Part shown: positions 17,625 through 27,124 of the stretch, piece by piece
Layout of the letters: each line of letters starts with the position of its first letter
How positions within the stretch are numbered: the stretch's first letter is position 1
From: Methanotrichaceae archaeon
Lineage (GTDB): Archaea > Halobacteriota > Methanosarcinia > Methanotrichales > Methanotrichaceae
DNA: 31,958 nt
Assembly (NCBI GenBank): GCA_963803145.1
Contig: CAWDLW010000002.1
Coordinates: 1-31,958 of the forward strand
Direction: 5' to 3'
Notes under the pieces: generated by a model
What the model was told of the DNA's origin: nothing
The model's input: only the letters and a program-made list of their open reading frames with translations
The model's database searches: none
Made by a program: the position numbers and the translations under genes

Positions 17625-18968
17625 ATGGAGTGGATAAATGACATGTATTCCCAAGAACAGGTATTAAGCACTATCAAAGAGAAAAACGTGGAGTTCATCA
17701 GACTGCAGTTTTCGGATATCCAAGGAAGGGTTAAGAATGTAGCTATACCCATAACCCAGCTTGGAAAAGCCCTGAAAAATGGTATATCCTTCGATGGCTC
17801 TTCTATCGAGGGATTTGCTAGGATTCAGGAATCGGATATGGTTCTTAGGCCTGATATTTCCACCTTCAACCTCCTTCCCTGGAAGGCCCAGGACGGGTCG
17901 AACGAGGCACGGTTCATCTGCGACGTATATTATCCGAATGGCAGTCCATTCGAGGGCGATCCCAGATATGTCCTCAGACATATGTTGGATCAAGCCAGGG
18001 AGATAGGTTACACAATGAACGTAGGGCCTGAACTGGAATTCTATCTATTCGAAAAACAGAATGGAGGTTCAGCTACAAAGCCTCAAGACTTTGGCGGATA
18101 TTTTGATTTAGGACCAGTTGACCTAGCGGAGAGCATACGGAAAAAGATTATGAAAGCTCTGATAGAGATGGATTTTACTATCGAGGCCTCCCATCACGAA
18201 GTTGGCAAAGGCCAGCATGAGATAGACTTCGTCTACGATGATGCGCTCAGAAATGCCGATAAAGTTGTCACCTTCAAGTATGTTACCAAGACCATTGCCA
18301 TGATGGAAGGATTACGAGCTACTTTCATGCCCAAACCCATCTATGGGACTGCTGGAACTGGGATGCACTGCAACGTTTCACTCTTCCGCGGCAGCGAAAA
18401 CGCCTTCTTTGATCCCGAGATGCCTATGAATATAAGCGATTTGGCCAGGCATTTCGTCGGCGGGCTCAAGGAGCATGCCCGCGCTATAACAGCAATAGCG
18501 AATCCGCTGATCAACTCATATAAGAGACTGGTCTCAGGTTTCGAGGCTCCGGTATATGTAAGCTGGTCAGGGCCAAATAGATCATCGCTTATTAGAATAC
18601 CGGCCGGTCGTGGCCTCTCCACACGTCTCGAGTTCAGGTCTCCTGATCCGACCTGCAATCCATATCTGACATTTGCCGTCATCCTGGCCGCTGGTCTAGA
18701 CGGCATTAAGAGAAGCATTGATCCGGGAGAGCCTGTAGATCTCAACGTCTACGATTTGTCCAGCGAGGAACGTGAGGCTCTAGGTATTGGGACTTTACCG
18801 GGAAATCTGAAAGACGCCCTGGACAGCCTGGAAGAAGATAAAGTCATACAAAACGCTCTTGGTGAGCATATCTTCAATAACATAATGCGCCTTGGGAACC
18901 TGGAGTGGGAGGCGTATAACACCTGGGTGCATGATTGGGAGATCGAACGATATATAAATAATTTTTGA
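17625..18968 (+). CDS. glnA: Glutamine synthetase type I
   Basis: FDGSSIEGFARIQESDM, EASHHEV, ATFMPKP, GTGMHCN, NSYKRLV, RLEFRSPDP. Start may be a few codons downstream (MYSQEQ). Confidence 0.97.
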   Translation: MEWINDMYSQEQVLSTIKEKNVEFIRLQFSDIQGRVKNVAIPITQLGKALKNGISFDGSSIEGFARIQESDMVLRPDISTFNLLPWKAQDGSNEARFICDVYYPNGSPFEGDPRYVLRHMLDQAREIGYTMNVGPELEFYLFEKQNGGSATKPQDFGGYFDLGPVDLAESIRKKIMKALIEMDFTIEASHHEVGKGQHEIDFVYDDALRNADKVVTFKYVTKTIAMMEGLRATFMPKPIYGTAGTGMHCNVSLFRGSENAFFDPEMPMNISDLARHFVGGLKEHARAITAIANPLINSYKRLVSGFEAPVYVSWSGPNRSSLIRIPAGRGLSTRLEFRSPDPTCNPYLTFAVILAAGLDGIKRSIDPGEPVDLNVYDLSSEEREALGIGTLPGNLKDALDSLEEDKVIQNALGEHIFNNIMRLGNLEWEAYNTWVHDWEIERYINNF

Positions 18969-19030
18969 GAAATCTATCTTTTTCTTTTTAGTCCGCTCAT
19001 TCATTTCGGGAAGATATATATCGGACCAGA

Positions 19031-19044
19031 GGAAAGGCTATTCC
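19031..19044. promoter_or_regulatory. NrpR-type operator-like palindrome upstream of hisH
   Basis: GGAA-AGGCTA-TTCC (GGAA-N6-TTCC) just downstream of an ATATATAT TATA-like box. Confidence 0.4.
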
Positions 19045-19072
19045 GGCTAATGAAAATCGGACTTTGGTCTCC

Positions 19073-19675
19073 ATGATAGCTATAGTAGATTACGGGATGG
19101 GCAACTTGTTCAGCATCTACAACGCTGTGAACCACATTGAAGGCGGACCGGTGATTGTCAGAGAGCCGGAAGAGTTGAAAGGTGCTGACGGCGTGATAGT
19201 GCCTGGAGTAGGTGCCTTTGGAAGATGCATGGAAAGGCTCTCACGCTTTGAGACTGCCCTCTCAAACGTTTTGAGTGATGGAACTCCAGTCCTCGGCATA
19301 TGCATTGGCCTTCAAGTTCTCTTCGAGCGAAGCCAGGAGAGTCCGGGGGCAAAGGGCTTAGGCTGGATTAAAGGAGATGTGGTAAAGCTGCCGGATGGTG
19401 TGACCATTCCACAAATGGGCTGGAACAGCTTGTCCATTAAGCGCCGCATAGATCTACTGGATGGAATAGATGACGGCGATATGTTCTATTTCGTTCACTC
19501 TTATTATGGCCAGCCCCGAGATAAATCGGTGATAGTGGCAACTACTGAACATGGAGTAGACGTGACTGCCATGGTCTCTAGAGATAATCTGGCTGCAACC
19601 CAGTTCCATCCTGAAAAATCAGGGTCCAAGGGACTCAGAATACTCGAGAACTTTGTGAGGTCTACCAGATGCTAG
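19073..19675 (+). CDS. hisH: Imidazole glycerol phosphate synthase, glutaminase subunit
   Basis: [37 protein letters not shown]. Confidence 0.96.
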   Translation: MIAIVDYGMGNLFSIYNAVNHIEGGPVIVREPEELKGADGVIVPGVGAFGRCMERLSRFETALSNVLSDGTPVLGICIGLQVLFERSQESPGAKGLGWIKGDVVKLPDGVTIPQMGWNSLSIKRRIDLLDGIDDGDMFYFVHSYYGQPRDKSVIVATTEHGVDVTAMVSRDNLAATQFHPEKSGSKGLRILENFVRSTRC

Positions 19676-20481
19676 CCAGAAGGATCATTCCTTGCCTTGA
19701 TTGCGACCTGGGTGTTCCGGGCGGCAGGGTTGTAAAGGGCATAGAGTTCAAGCAGATCAGGTATGCAGGCGTACCGTGGGAGCTGGCAGGCAGATACTAT
19801 GAAGACGGAGCAGACGAGATTGTCTTCCTGGATATAACTGCATCCCATGAGCGTAGAGACACTATGACGAGTGTTATTAGTAAAACCTCTGAATCGGTCT
19901 TTGTGCCTCTGGCTGTCGGCGGAGGAATCAAAAGCGTAGAAGAGGCAAGAGCCGTCTTCAATGCAGGGGCCGATAAGGTAACTATGAATACATCAGCCTT
20001 GAAGCGCCCCGAACTAATAGTCGAGATATCCGATAGATATGGAAACCAGGCAGTTGTAGTGGCAATTGATGCCAAACGCAGATATAACCTGGAAGAAGGT
20101 CGTGAGATCATCGATACGCCTGAAGGCCGCTGCTGGTTCGAGTGCTCATTTTATGGAGGTCGCGAGTTCACAGGCATAGATGCCATAGCTTGGGCAAAGG
20201 AGGCCGAGCGGCTTGGAGCAGGCGAGATCCTTTTGACAAGCATGGATAGAGATGGAACATATGACGGCTTTGACATACCACTCACTAAGGAAGTATCTGA
20301 GCGGGTTAGAATACCGGTTATCGCCTCTGGCGGATGTGCCAGCCCCGATCATATGCTGGAGGTTTTCCAGAAGACAGATGCCTCTGCAGCTTTAGCAGCT
20401 AGCATATTTCATTTCGGCGAGTACAAAATCATGGATGTGAAGAGATACCTGGCAGAGCGCGGAATAAACGTCAGGGTCTGA
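19669..20481 (+). CDS. hisF: Imidazole glycerol phosphate synthase, cyclase subunit
   Basis: [53 protein letters not shown]. Confidence 0.97.
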   Translation: MLARRIIPCLDCDLGVPGGRVVKGIEFKQIRYAGVPWELAGRYYEDGADEIVFLDITASHERRDTMTSVISKTSESVFVPLAVGGGIKSVEEARAVFNAGADKVTMNTSALKRPELIVEISDRYGNQAVVVAIDAKRRYNLEEGREIIDTPEGRCWFECSFYGGREFTGIDAIAWAKEAERLGAGEILLTSMDRDGTYDGFDIPLTKEVSERVRIPVIASGGCASPDHMLEVFQKTDASAALAASIFHFGEYKIMDVKRYLAERGINVRV

Positions 20482-20646
20482 GAAGAAGACTGCCATTCGG
20501 AGAGCCTGTAGTTGTAGAAGTAGATGGTTCAAAGATTTCTCTTGGGCAGGGATCGCATCGAAAATAGAGGTAGAAGTGCTTGTGCCTTCTCCCTGAATAT
20601 CTATTCTAAAGATTGTTCAAACACTCGATGAGTGAGTGCCTAGGGC

Positions 20647-21024
20647 TTAGGATGATATTAGCTCCTTCAGCCTCTGAATGCTCTCCATGGCCTGAGCAGA
20701 TTCATGGAGTTTTTGTTCCTCATAATGTCTTATGATGTCATCGATGCTCGCATGCAGAGCATAGACCTTCATTGGTCTTCCCTTTCCCTCCCTCTTGATC
20801 TCCCTCTCCTCGATCCACTGGTTATCGCGCAGGGTGCGCATTGCAATACTGACCTCGGGCTGCCTTAGATCAGAGCCCATCTCTATCTCCCTTGATGATG
20901 CCTCATCTATATTGGCTAGGAAGGTGATAAGCGTCGCTACATTTCGCGGAACGCCCAAGGATCGCAGGGTTTCCACGAACTCCATATCCTTATCATCGAG
21001 GATCTTCACAGTGGATTCTTTCAT
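20647..21024 (-). CDS. Winged-helix transcriptional regulator (methanogen ArsR/TrmB-like)
   Basis: SSREIEMGSDLRQPEVSIAMRTL helix-turn-helix and GKGRPMKVY wing; GGTGAG SD before MKES at 21024. Confidence 0.85.
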   Translation of the reverse strand: MKESTVKILDDKDMEFVETLRSLGVPRNVATLITFLANIDEASSREIEMGSDLRQPEVSIAMRTLRDNQWIEEREIKREGKGRPMKVYALHASIDDIIRHYEEQKLHESAQAMESIQRLKELISS

Positions 21025-21251
21025 AAAGCTCACCGTATTTTTAAGGCACAAATACTTAATCATATAAATAATTTGTTTTGAAACGCTGTTTCATTAAAAT
21101 TTTCCCAATTAAACTAATATCCGCTGCGTCTGTATAAATTGTGTTAGAATTTGCCCATAGTAGTAATCTGTGCCAGTATCCCTACTAGCGCTATTATACA
21201 TGGCCACGTGCATCTGGAAGGCATAAATATCTGTGCCGGACAGGATAGCTT

Positions 21252-21806
21252 ATGATTCCCATTGAGATCAGCAAGAAGGATATTATGGACCTGGCCAAGA
21301 CCGAGGTCCGGAATTTGCCGGGGGCGCTCTTTGTTGGAGCGAGCCCACTTCTTAAGCCCTTCATGAAAAAGTTTGAGTGCCTTCTGCCAGCTGAGAGGAT
21401 GGGGCGAGGAGACAGCTATACTCTATCTGCACTGCATTCTCACATAGATGAGGTCCATGCCGATGATGAAAGGATCCTTGTAAAGAGCGGTGACAAGGTT
21501 GTGACTATTAGCCGTGACGAACTCTGCTACATGGTTGGAGAGAAATATCCCTCTACAGATCATCACAGACTGAATCTGCCAGGCCTGTTGTTCCTTCAAA
21601 GCAGCCCTAGCCTTCAGGCAGTGGCCGCTTCCAAGCTACGGAAAGAGCATAATCTCTGCATCCCTGAAGGCAGGAGGACAATGCGCTATATCTTTCACAT
21701 TGCTGTTACATCCATCGATGCTGATAAAGAGAAGGTAAGGATTGCATTTGATCCCGAGCGACTGCCCAAGAGGGCCGACGGCACAGGAGTTCTTGAGCAG
21801 AGATGA
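21252..21806 (+). CDS. Hypothetical protein (184 aa)
   Basis: Long ORF filling the intergenic space; no recognised motif. Confidence 0.75.
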   Translation: MIPIEISKKDIMDLAKTEVRNLPGALFVGASPLLKPFMKKFECLLPAERMGRGDSYTLSALHSHIDEVHADDERILVKSGDKVVTISRDELCYMVGEKYPSTDHHRLNLPGLLFLQSSPSLQAVAASKLRKEHNLCIPEGRRTMRYIFHIAVTSIDADKEKVRIAFDPERLPKRADGTGVLEQR

Positions 21807-21828
21807 TAAAATGAGTCATAGAGCGATC

Positions 21829-22200
21829 TCAATCCTCTTCTTTAAATTCGCAAAGCTCGCAGCTATGGTGCCAATCAGGCTCTGCCTTAAGCTTCAGGGG
21901 AATGTTAGTCATCTGCTTTCCTTGCCTTAGATCACGAATGAAACTGCCAATTTCAAAGGCGCTAGCACCTAAAGGCTTTATTCTGCCAACCTCACGGCCC
22001 TTGACCATGAGGCCGTCAACCTCATCGATTTTCACTGCTGCATACTCTGGAGTATCCTCACGGTCACTATCATTTAGGAAGAGGAGGTCATCAAACTCGA
22101 AGCCCATGCATAAGGGCCATTTATGCTCAGCCATAACATTTATCAGATCTCTTTCGGAATCTACAGCTTTTACACCGTGGGTGCGATCGGGATGGATCAT
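21829..22200 (-). CDS. Hypothetical protein (123 aa)
   Basis: AGGTGA SD before ATG; C-terminal HHSCELC putative metal site. Confidence 0.75.
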   Translation of the reverse strand: MIHPDRTHGVKAVDSERDLINVMAEHKWPLCMGFEFDDLLFLNDSDREDTPEYAAVKIDEVDGLMVKGREVGRIKPLGASAFEIGSFIRDLRQGKQMTNIPLKLKAEPDWHHSCELCEFKEED

Positions 22201-22318
22201 GATATCACCTTAGATTGTTATGATTACAATTGTTTAAAAATTTAAATAGTTTCCTTCGAGAATTTCTAAGATGAAATACTCAAATACTATAAAATAAAAT
22301 AGAAATTATAAAACTAGC

Positions 22319-23494
22319 TCATATTACCAGATGCCTCAGCTCCCACAGAAGCTTGGGATTCAGGCGGAAGAGCACGCGCAGCATTCCTCGCAGGTCCATC
22401 TTGGCGATATCCTCATTCTTCAGCGAGCCTATGAGCTGATTGAGCTGCTCATCGGTCAGCTTTACGAAAAACTCCTTAAACTCGTAGCTTCTGGCATTAT
22501 GCTTCCCGATTGTTGCCCTCCAGCGATCCTCATACTCTTTTAGCCCCGCCTTGCTTACATCGCCCGTCGCGATGGCCTTGGCCGCAACCTCGCCAGCAAT
22601 GATTCCTGCTTGCATTGCGCTGAGAATCCCTCCTCCAGTCAAGGGATCTGTCTGGCGTGCCGCATCTCCAACAAGCATCATCCCGTCCGCTGTTGTCGTC
22701 TCAAGCGGCGCACCACATGGATCTCCACCGACAACCATCTCGACTACCCGTCCGTCAGGGAAATGAGATTTCATGAACTCGCGAAGAAGCCTTACAGCCT
22801 CGCCAGGCTTGGATTTGGAGCCGAGGATTCCAAGGCCGACGTTGGCAAGATTCTCACCTTTTGGGAATGACCAGACATAGCCTGATGGTGCAATCGAATT
22901 TCCAAAGAAGAATTCGCAGTATTGATCATCTATCGCTCTGTCTGAGACAAGGAACTGGGCGCAGGTCTCTACATCCCTAAGATTCATGGTTGTATCTATT
23001 CCAGCCCATCTCCCAACTTTAGACTCAACTCCATCTGCGCCTATTACCAGTGGAGCCTCGATTTGAAATGTCTCGCCTAGGCGCATGGCGGAGACTCCTG
23101 AAATCTTGCCATCTTTCATTGTCAGGCCTAGGGCTCTCGTCTTTACCATCACCTTGGCTCCGAGCCGGGCTGCTTCCATTGCAAGTCCTCGATCGAAGAC
23201 CTTCCTCTCTAAAACATAGCCAACTTCAGAACCTGCGCTGCTCTCAGACATAGCTATTTTTGTGCCATTAGGCGCATAGAGCCTTGCACCCTTAACCTCT
23301 GCCGCAATCCAATCAGGTTCAGGCTTGACCATCTCCTCGAAGGCTCTTTTGCCAACACCTTCAGCACAGCGAACTGGATCCCCAATCTCCTGGCGTTTTT
23401 CTAGAAGCGCAACATTTAAGCCTGCCTGGGCTGCAGCCTTAGCTGCCATTGATCCTCCGGGCCCTGCGCCTACCACCACTACATCGCACTTCAT
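22319..23494 (-). CDS. Digeranylgeranylglycerophospholipid (geranylgeranyl) reductase
   Basis: VVGAGPGGS, PVRCAEG, GADGVES, GYVWSFPKG, LVGDAARQTDPLTGGGI; start MKCDVV overlaps the ferredoxin stop (ATGA). Confidence 0.93.
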   Translation of the reverse strand: MKCDVVVVGAGPGGSMAAKAAAQAGLNVALLEKRQEIGDPVRCAEGVGKRAFEEMVKPEPDWIAAEVKGARLYAPNGTKIAMSESSAGSEVGYVLERKVFDRGLAMEAARLGAKVMVKTRALGLTMKDGKISGVSAMRLGETFQIEAPLVIGADGVESKVGRWAGIDTTMNLRDVETCAQFLVSDRAIDDQYCEFFFGNSIAPSGYVWSFPKGENLANVGLGILGSKSKPGEAVRLLREFMKSHFPDGRVVEMVVGGDPCGAPLETTTADGMMLVGDAARQTDPLTGGGILSAMQAGIIAGEVAAKAIATGDVSKAGLKEYEDRWRATIGKHNARSYEFKEFFVKLTDEQLNQLIGSLKNEDIAKMDLRGMLRVLFRLNPKLLWELRHLVI

Positions 23495-23661
23495 GCCTTG
23501 ACCTCCAGAGCGCCGACTGGACAGATCTTGGCACAGATGCCGCACTCCTTGCATGTCTCAGAAACTTCAAGCCATGTCTCAACCAGCTCAAGAGAGCAGG
23601 TTGGGCAGACTCCGACGCAAGCACCGCAGTAGCAGCATTTGTATCTGTTAATTGTAAGCAA
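23491..23661 (-). CDS. 2x[4Fe-4S] ferredoxin (56 aa), absent from the ORF track
   Basis: Hand translation MLTINRYKCCYCGACVGVCPTCSLELVETWLEVSETCKECGICAKICPVGALEVKA; two CxxCxxCxxxCP motifs; TTG start after GGTGA. Confidence 0.92.
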   Translation of the reverse strand: MLTINRYKCCYCGACVGVCPTCSLELVETWLEVSETCKECGICAKICPVGALEVKA

Positions 23662-23669
23662 GAAATCAC

Positions 23670-23942
23670 CTATTCATAAATTATCTTGAAATCCTCATAG
23701 TTCTTGCAACGGATCTCCGATAGTTCTATTCCGGAGACCATTGCGCTTGTTGGGCCTGTCTTCATCATGGCCAGAAGCTCCCCGATCTTCTGCCGCTCTC
23801 CCTCAAGCACAGCCTCCACGCCGCCACCCGGAATATTTCTGACCCAACCATTTATCTCCAAACCCTTTGCTTTATCTCTGGTGAAGGCCCTGTAGAAAAC
23901 TCCCTGAACCATGCCTGAAACTCGAACATGAATGCAGATCAT
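23670..23942 (-). CDS. acyP: Acylphosphatase
   Basis: VSGMVQGVFYR, GWVRN, VEAVLEG. Confidence 0.93.
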   Translation of the reverse strand: MICIHVRVSGMVQGVFYRAFTRDKAKGLEINGWVRNIPGGGVEAVLEGERQKIGELLAMMKTGPTSAMVSGIELSEIRCKNYEDFKIIYE

Positions 23943-24607
23943 TTTTTAGCTCCAGTTACAAGGTCTTCCAGCGCCTTTCGCTGATCCTTGGCCTTGATTA
24001 TGCCTGATGCAAGCAATACGCCCTCAGATCCCAAATCCAAGGCGGCCTTTAGATCCTCTCCGCGAGTTATCCCCGCGCCACATAAAACGCCCACTGTCGG
24101 AGCGATATCTTTGACTGCATCTACAGAATCACGAACAATGTCTGGATCTGCCTTTGAGACTGGTATTCCACTGCCGATAAGTTCAGGCGGCTCAATGGCC
24201 ACATAATTTGGATCAAGCGCAGCTGCCGCCCGCGTCGTAGCAACATTATTTGTGCAAATAATAGCAGTAAGCCCTGATGATTTGCATGCTAAAAGAGATG
24301 CCTCGATCTCAGCCAGCTTGAGCCTGCGCTCAGAATGGTTTATTAGAGAGCCACTTGCTCCAGCAGCCTTTATGGATGCAGCCGTCACATGGCCAGTGAA
24401 GCCGCCATAGCCAACACCGTCGACATGTTGGGCATAAACTGGAATCTTTACAGCCTCAGAGATTACATGTATATCAGCAACCTGAGGAGCAACGGCAATC
24501 TTTACAGAGTACTCCTTGGATATATCCTCGCAGATCTCAGCCAGGCGAAGGGCAGCATCTCCGGTAGATTCACGATAGGTCTTAAAGTTGAGCACGATCA
24601 ATGTCAT
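23939..24607 (-). CDS. tpiA: Triosephosphate isomerase, archaeal type
   Basis: VLNFKTY, YAQHVD, LINHSE, AIEPPELIG, LCGAGI, GVLLASG; start MTLIVL at 24607. Confidence 0.96.
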   Translation of the reverse strand: MTLIVLNFKTYRESTGDAALRLAEICEDISKEYSVKIAVAPQVADIHVISEAVKIPVYAQHVDGVGYGGFTGHVTAASIKAAGASGSLINHSERRLKLAEIEASLLACKSSGLTAIICTNNVATTRAAAALDPNYVAIEPPELIGSGIPVSKADPDIVRDSVDAVKDIAPTVGVLCGAGITRGEDLKAALDLGSEGVLLASGIIKAKDQRKALEDLVTGAKK

Positions 24608-24657
24608 AATATCCCACACTTCCGGCCTTATAACCTTAAAGGGCATATATATTTTGG

Positions 24658-25915
24658 GTGACTACTTCCCCGACTGAAGTCGGGGACATCTAGGCATTCG
24701 CCACAGACTGTAGCCCCAGTCTGAGAATGTTTATGGCTGCGTTATGATCTCTATCAAGAGTCAATCCACAGAATAAACACCTATGAACCCTCTCAGATAG
24801 ATCTTTTTGAACCAGTTGACCGCAGCCAGAGCATATTTGGGATGTATTTGAAGGATTCACCAGTTCGACACGTTTACCGGCCCATTCTGCCTTGTAAGAC
24901 GTGGCAGTTATCAGTTTGTTCCAGGCAGCATCCGCAATATGCTTTGCGAGACAATGATTCTTGATCATGCCCTTGATATTCAGATCTTCAAAGGCTATCA
25001 GATCATATGACTTCACAAGTTTCAGAGACAACTTTTGAACAAAGTCGTCTCTCTTGTTGGTGATTCTTTCATGAACGCGATGAACCGTTTTCAAGGCTCT
25101 CGCTCTTTCAGGTGTTCCTTTCTTTGCTTTGGATAGTCTCTTCTGAGCCTTTGCTAGAGCATTTTCTTCGTGAACGAAGAACCTTGGATTATCTACGTGT
25201 TCGCCGCTTGATAGAGTAATGAAACTTTTCAAGCCAACGTCGACACCAATCGACAATCCCGTTTTTGGAAGAGGATCGGATGGTTCAACTTCCACAAGGA
25301 AGGACGCAAACCATTTTCCTGTTGGCATTCTTCGGATGTTAAGCCTTTGGATATCTCCCTCTATGGCCCTATGCAACTTGATCTTAATATCTCCGATCTT
25401 GGAGAGCCAGAGTTTGCCGGGTTTCAGGGAAAAGCCTGATTGAGTGTAGGTGAAGCTATCGTACCTGCCATATCCCTTGAATCTTGGATAACCGGGATCT
25501 TCGCCATCTTTGACTCTACGGAAGAAAGCCTGATATGCCAGATCAACCCTCTTGACCGCTTCCTGCAGAACCTGTGAATGAGCGCTTTTCAATTCAGGTT
25601 TCTCTTCTTTCCACTGCGGCAAGAGCTTCTTTGTCTCGTAGTATGAAACTGATTTACCATCTTGCTCGTAGGCATTCTTTCTAGCTGCCAGTGTTTCATT
25701 ATAGGTCCATCGGCAAAGCTCCAGGGTATCAATCATCTTGGACCTCTGAAATTTTGAAGGATAGATTCTATACCGAAGCACTTTCAGCAAGTCACTTCAC
25801 CTTTTGTGTAGTCATAGATTTTGGAAGATATATAGACAATGTACGCGAGGCGAAAGTGATAGGTACGGGCTGTATCTCGCCAATGAATTGGCGGGGATTA
25901 GCCCTGTTTTCTTCC
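24658..25915 (-). mobile_element. IS200/IS605-family element, tnpB only (IS1341-like)
   Basis: Right-end hairpin CCCCGAC-TTCA-GTCGGGG followed by AAGTAGTCAC (minus strand, ends 24658); left-end hairpin CGCCAAT/ATTGGCG at 25877-92; no tnpA. Left boundary approximate. Confidence 0.85.
24690..25790 (-). CDS. tnpB: RNA-guided endonuclease TnpB
   Basis: YRIYP, GYPRFK, RuvC residues GVDVGL / AFEDL / DRDHNAAIN, zinc ribbon CSGC...CLFC. Confidence 0.96.
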   Translation of the reverse strand: MLKVLRYRIYPSKFQRSKMIDTLELCRWTYNETLAARKNAYEQDGKSVSYYETKKLLPQWKEEKPELKSAHSQVLQEAVKRVDLAYQAFFRRVKDGEDPGYPRFKGYGRYDSFTYTQSGFSLKPGKLWLSKIGDIKIKLHRAIEGDIQRLNIRRMPTGKWFASFLVEVEPSDPLPKTGLSIGVDVGLKSFITLSSGEHVDNPRFFVHEENALAKAQKRLSKAKKGTPERARALKTVHRVHERITNKRDDFVQKLSLKLVKSYDLIAFEDLNIKGMIKNHCLAKHIADAAWNKLITATSYKAEWAGKRVELVNPSNTSQICSGCGQLVQKDLSERVHRCLFCGLTLDRDHNAAINILRLGLQSVANA

Positions 25916-25944
25916 TAAATTCGACCATGGTCTTTGTAATACTC

Positions 25945-26415
25945 TTATTGCCTCAGCTTAGGCGCACACCCCTCTTGGTAATACTTCTCATATACCTCAG
26001 GGTGAATACAAACGCCTGTGAATATCATTTTTATGTGGCCTTGGAAGATCATAGCGATCATCGGGAGCATTCCTGTCTCCTCTTGGCTGATCATATGATA
26101 CAGCATGCCTTCTGGATCTGAGTAATCCACTGTTATAAGATCAAGATCAGAATGAGCTTGAATGAACTTCTCAAGCTCAGGCTTGCTTTTCTGGCAGATC
26201 GCACATCCCTTTCGCCATATAAAAAGCAGCACAGGCTTATCTTTCCTTGATATTGCCTCAGCCATATTCAGAGCGGGACCATATGTATTCGCCAGGAACT
26301 CTGAGACATTATCTTCAACCTCACTCACAGGAACGCCATACTTTTCCGCGAGCTCTGAGCTGAAGCTCTTGAGCTTAGAGTTCATGAACCCAGTTACGCG
26401 GTCCATCAGATCCAT
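25945..26415 (-). CDS. Thioredoxin-like protein with N-terminal helical extension
   Basis: KPVLLFIWRKGCAICQ CxxC motif; cis-Pro-like GMLP. Confidence 0.75.
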   Translation of the reverse strand: MDLMDRVTGFMNSKLKSFSSELAEKYGVPVSEVEDNVSEFLANTYGPALNMAEAISRKDKPVLLFIWRKGCAICQKSKPELEKFIQAHSDLDLITVDYSDPEGMLYHMISQEETGMLPMIAMIFQGHIKMIFTGVCIHPEVYEKYYQEGCAPKLRQ

Positions 26416-26530
26416 GGATTGTGATTATGCCCTTATTCCATAAAACTATGGTGCTTAGGATCGATCCAGTAACCGACCAAAAATAACGGTTAAAATATCC
26501 GAGGGCAGGTAGTTCAAGGATTAGGCCCGA

Positions 26531-26938
26531 TTAGGCGAGCACCTGCTCCTTCAAGATATACCGTATAAGATCCTCAGAAAGTTTAGTCTCCCTCTGAACT
26601 TTTTTGACTGTGTCGTCTATGCTATGGCCTTCAGAAATTAGGCCGGATATCCTCTTAATAACCTTATCGCTAACTGTATAATACTCATCTATATCCTTGC
26701 GGTGTCCCCAGACATCGCCCTTAAGCAGCTGAACACCCTGTATTTCCAGGAACTGTTGCGCGGCTTTTGACATAGTTTCATGATATGATGGAGGGATCTG
26801 CACTGCTCTTAAACGCGGACAGGACTGAACAAGCCCCATGACATCCATATTCGAGGCGCGAAAGGCGAGGTGAACTATCTGTTCGTTTCTGCCAAGATCC
26901 GAGATCTCCCTCTTTGAACTCACTACCCTCAGCTTCAT
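26531..26938 (-). CDS. DUF1699-family protein
   Basis: MKLRVVSS, VHLAFRASN, GDVWGHRKDIDEYY recalled as the family signature. Confidence 0.85.
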   Translation of the reverse strand: MKLRVVSSKREISDLGRNEQIVHLAFRASNMDVMGLVQSCPRLRAVQIPPSYHETMSKAAQQFLEIQGVQLLKGDVWGHRKDIDEYYTVSDKVIKRISGLISEGHSIDDTVKKVQRETKLSEDLIRYILKEQVLA

Positions 26939-27124
26939 GATACTTACGAATGCTCTTAAAATATTTATAGATAATGGTAATCATAGTAATCCACTAGCGA
27001 ATATACCTCAATGAGAAACTGGAGCTATAGAATATTTATGCATAGGTGATTATCAGATAAAATATATACAGAGGTATGATAATGATTGCAATACTTTTTT
27101 ATAATAAGTAACGTTTTATATTTA

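Noticed and set aside
24690-25790. Nuclease-dead TnpB (TldR-like regulator)
   Set aside because: RuvC D-E-D residues are intact and both IS end hairpins are present.
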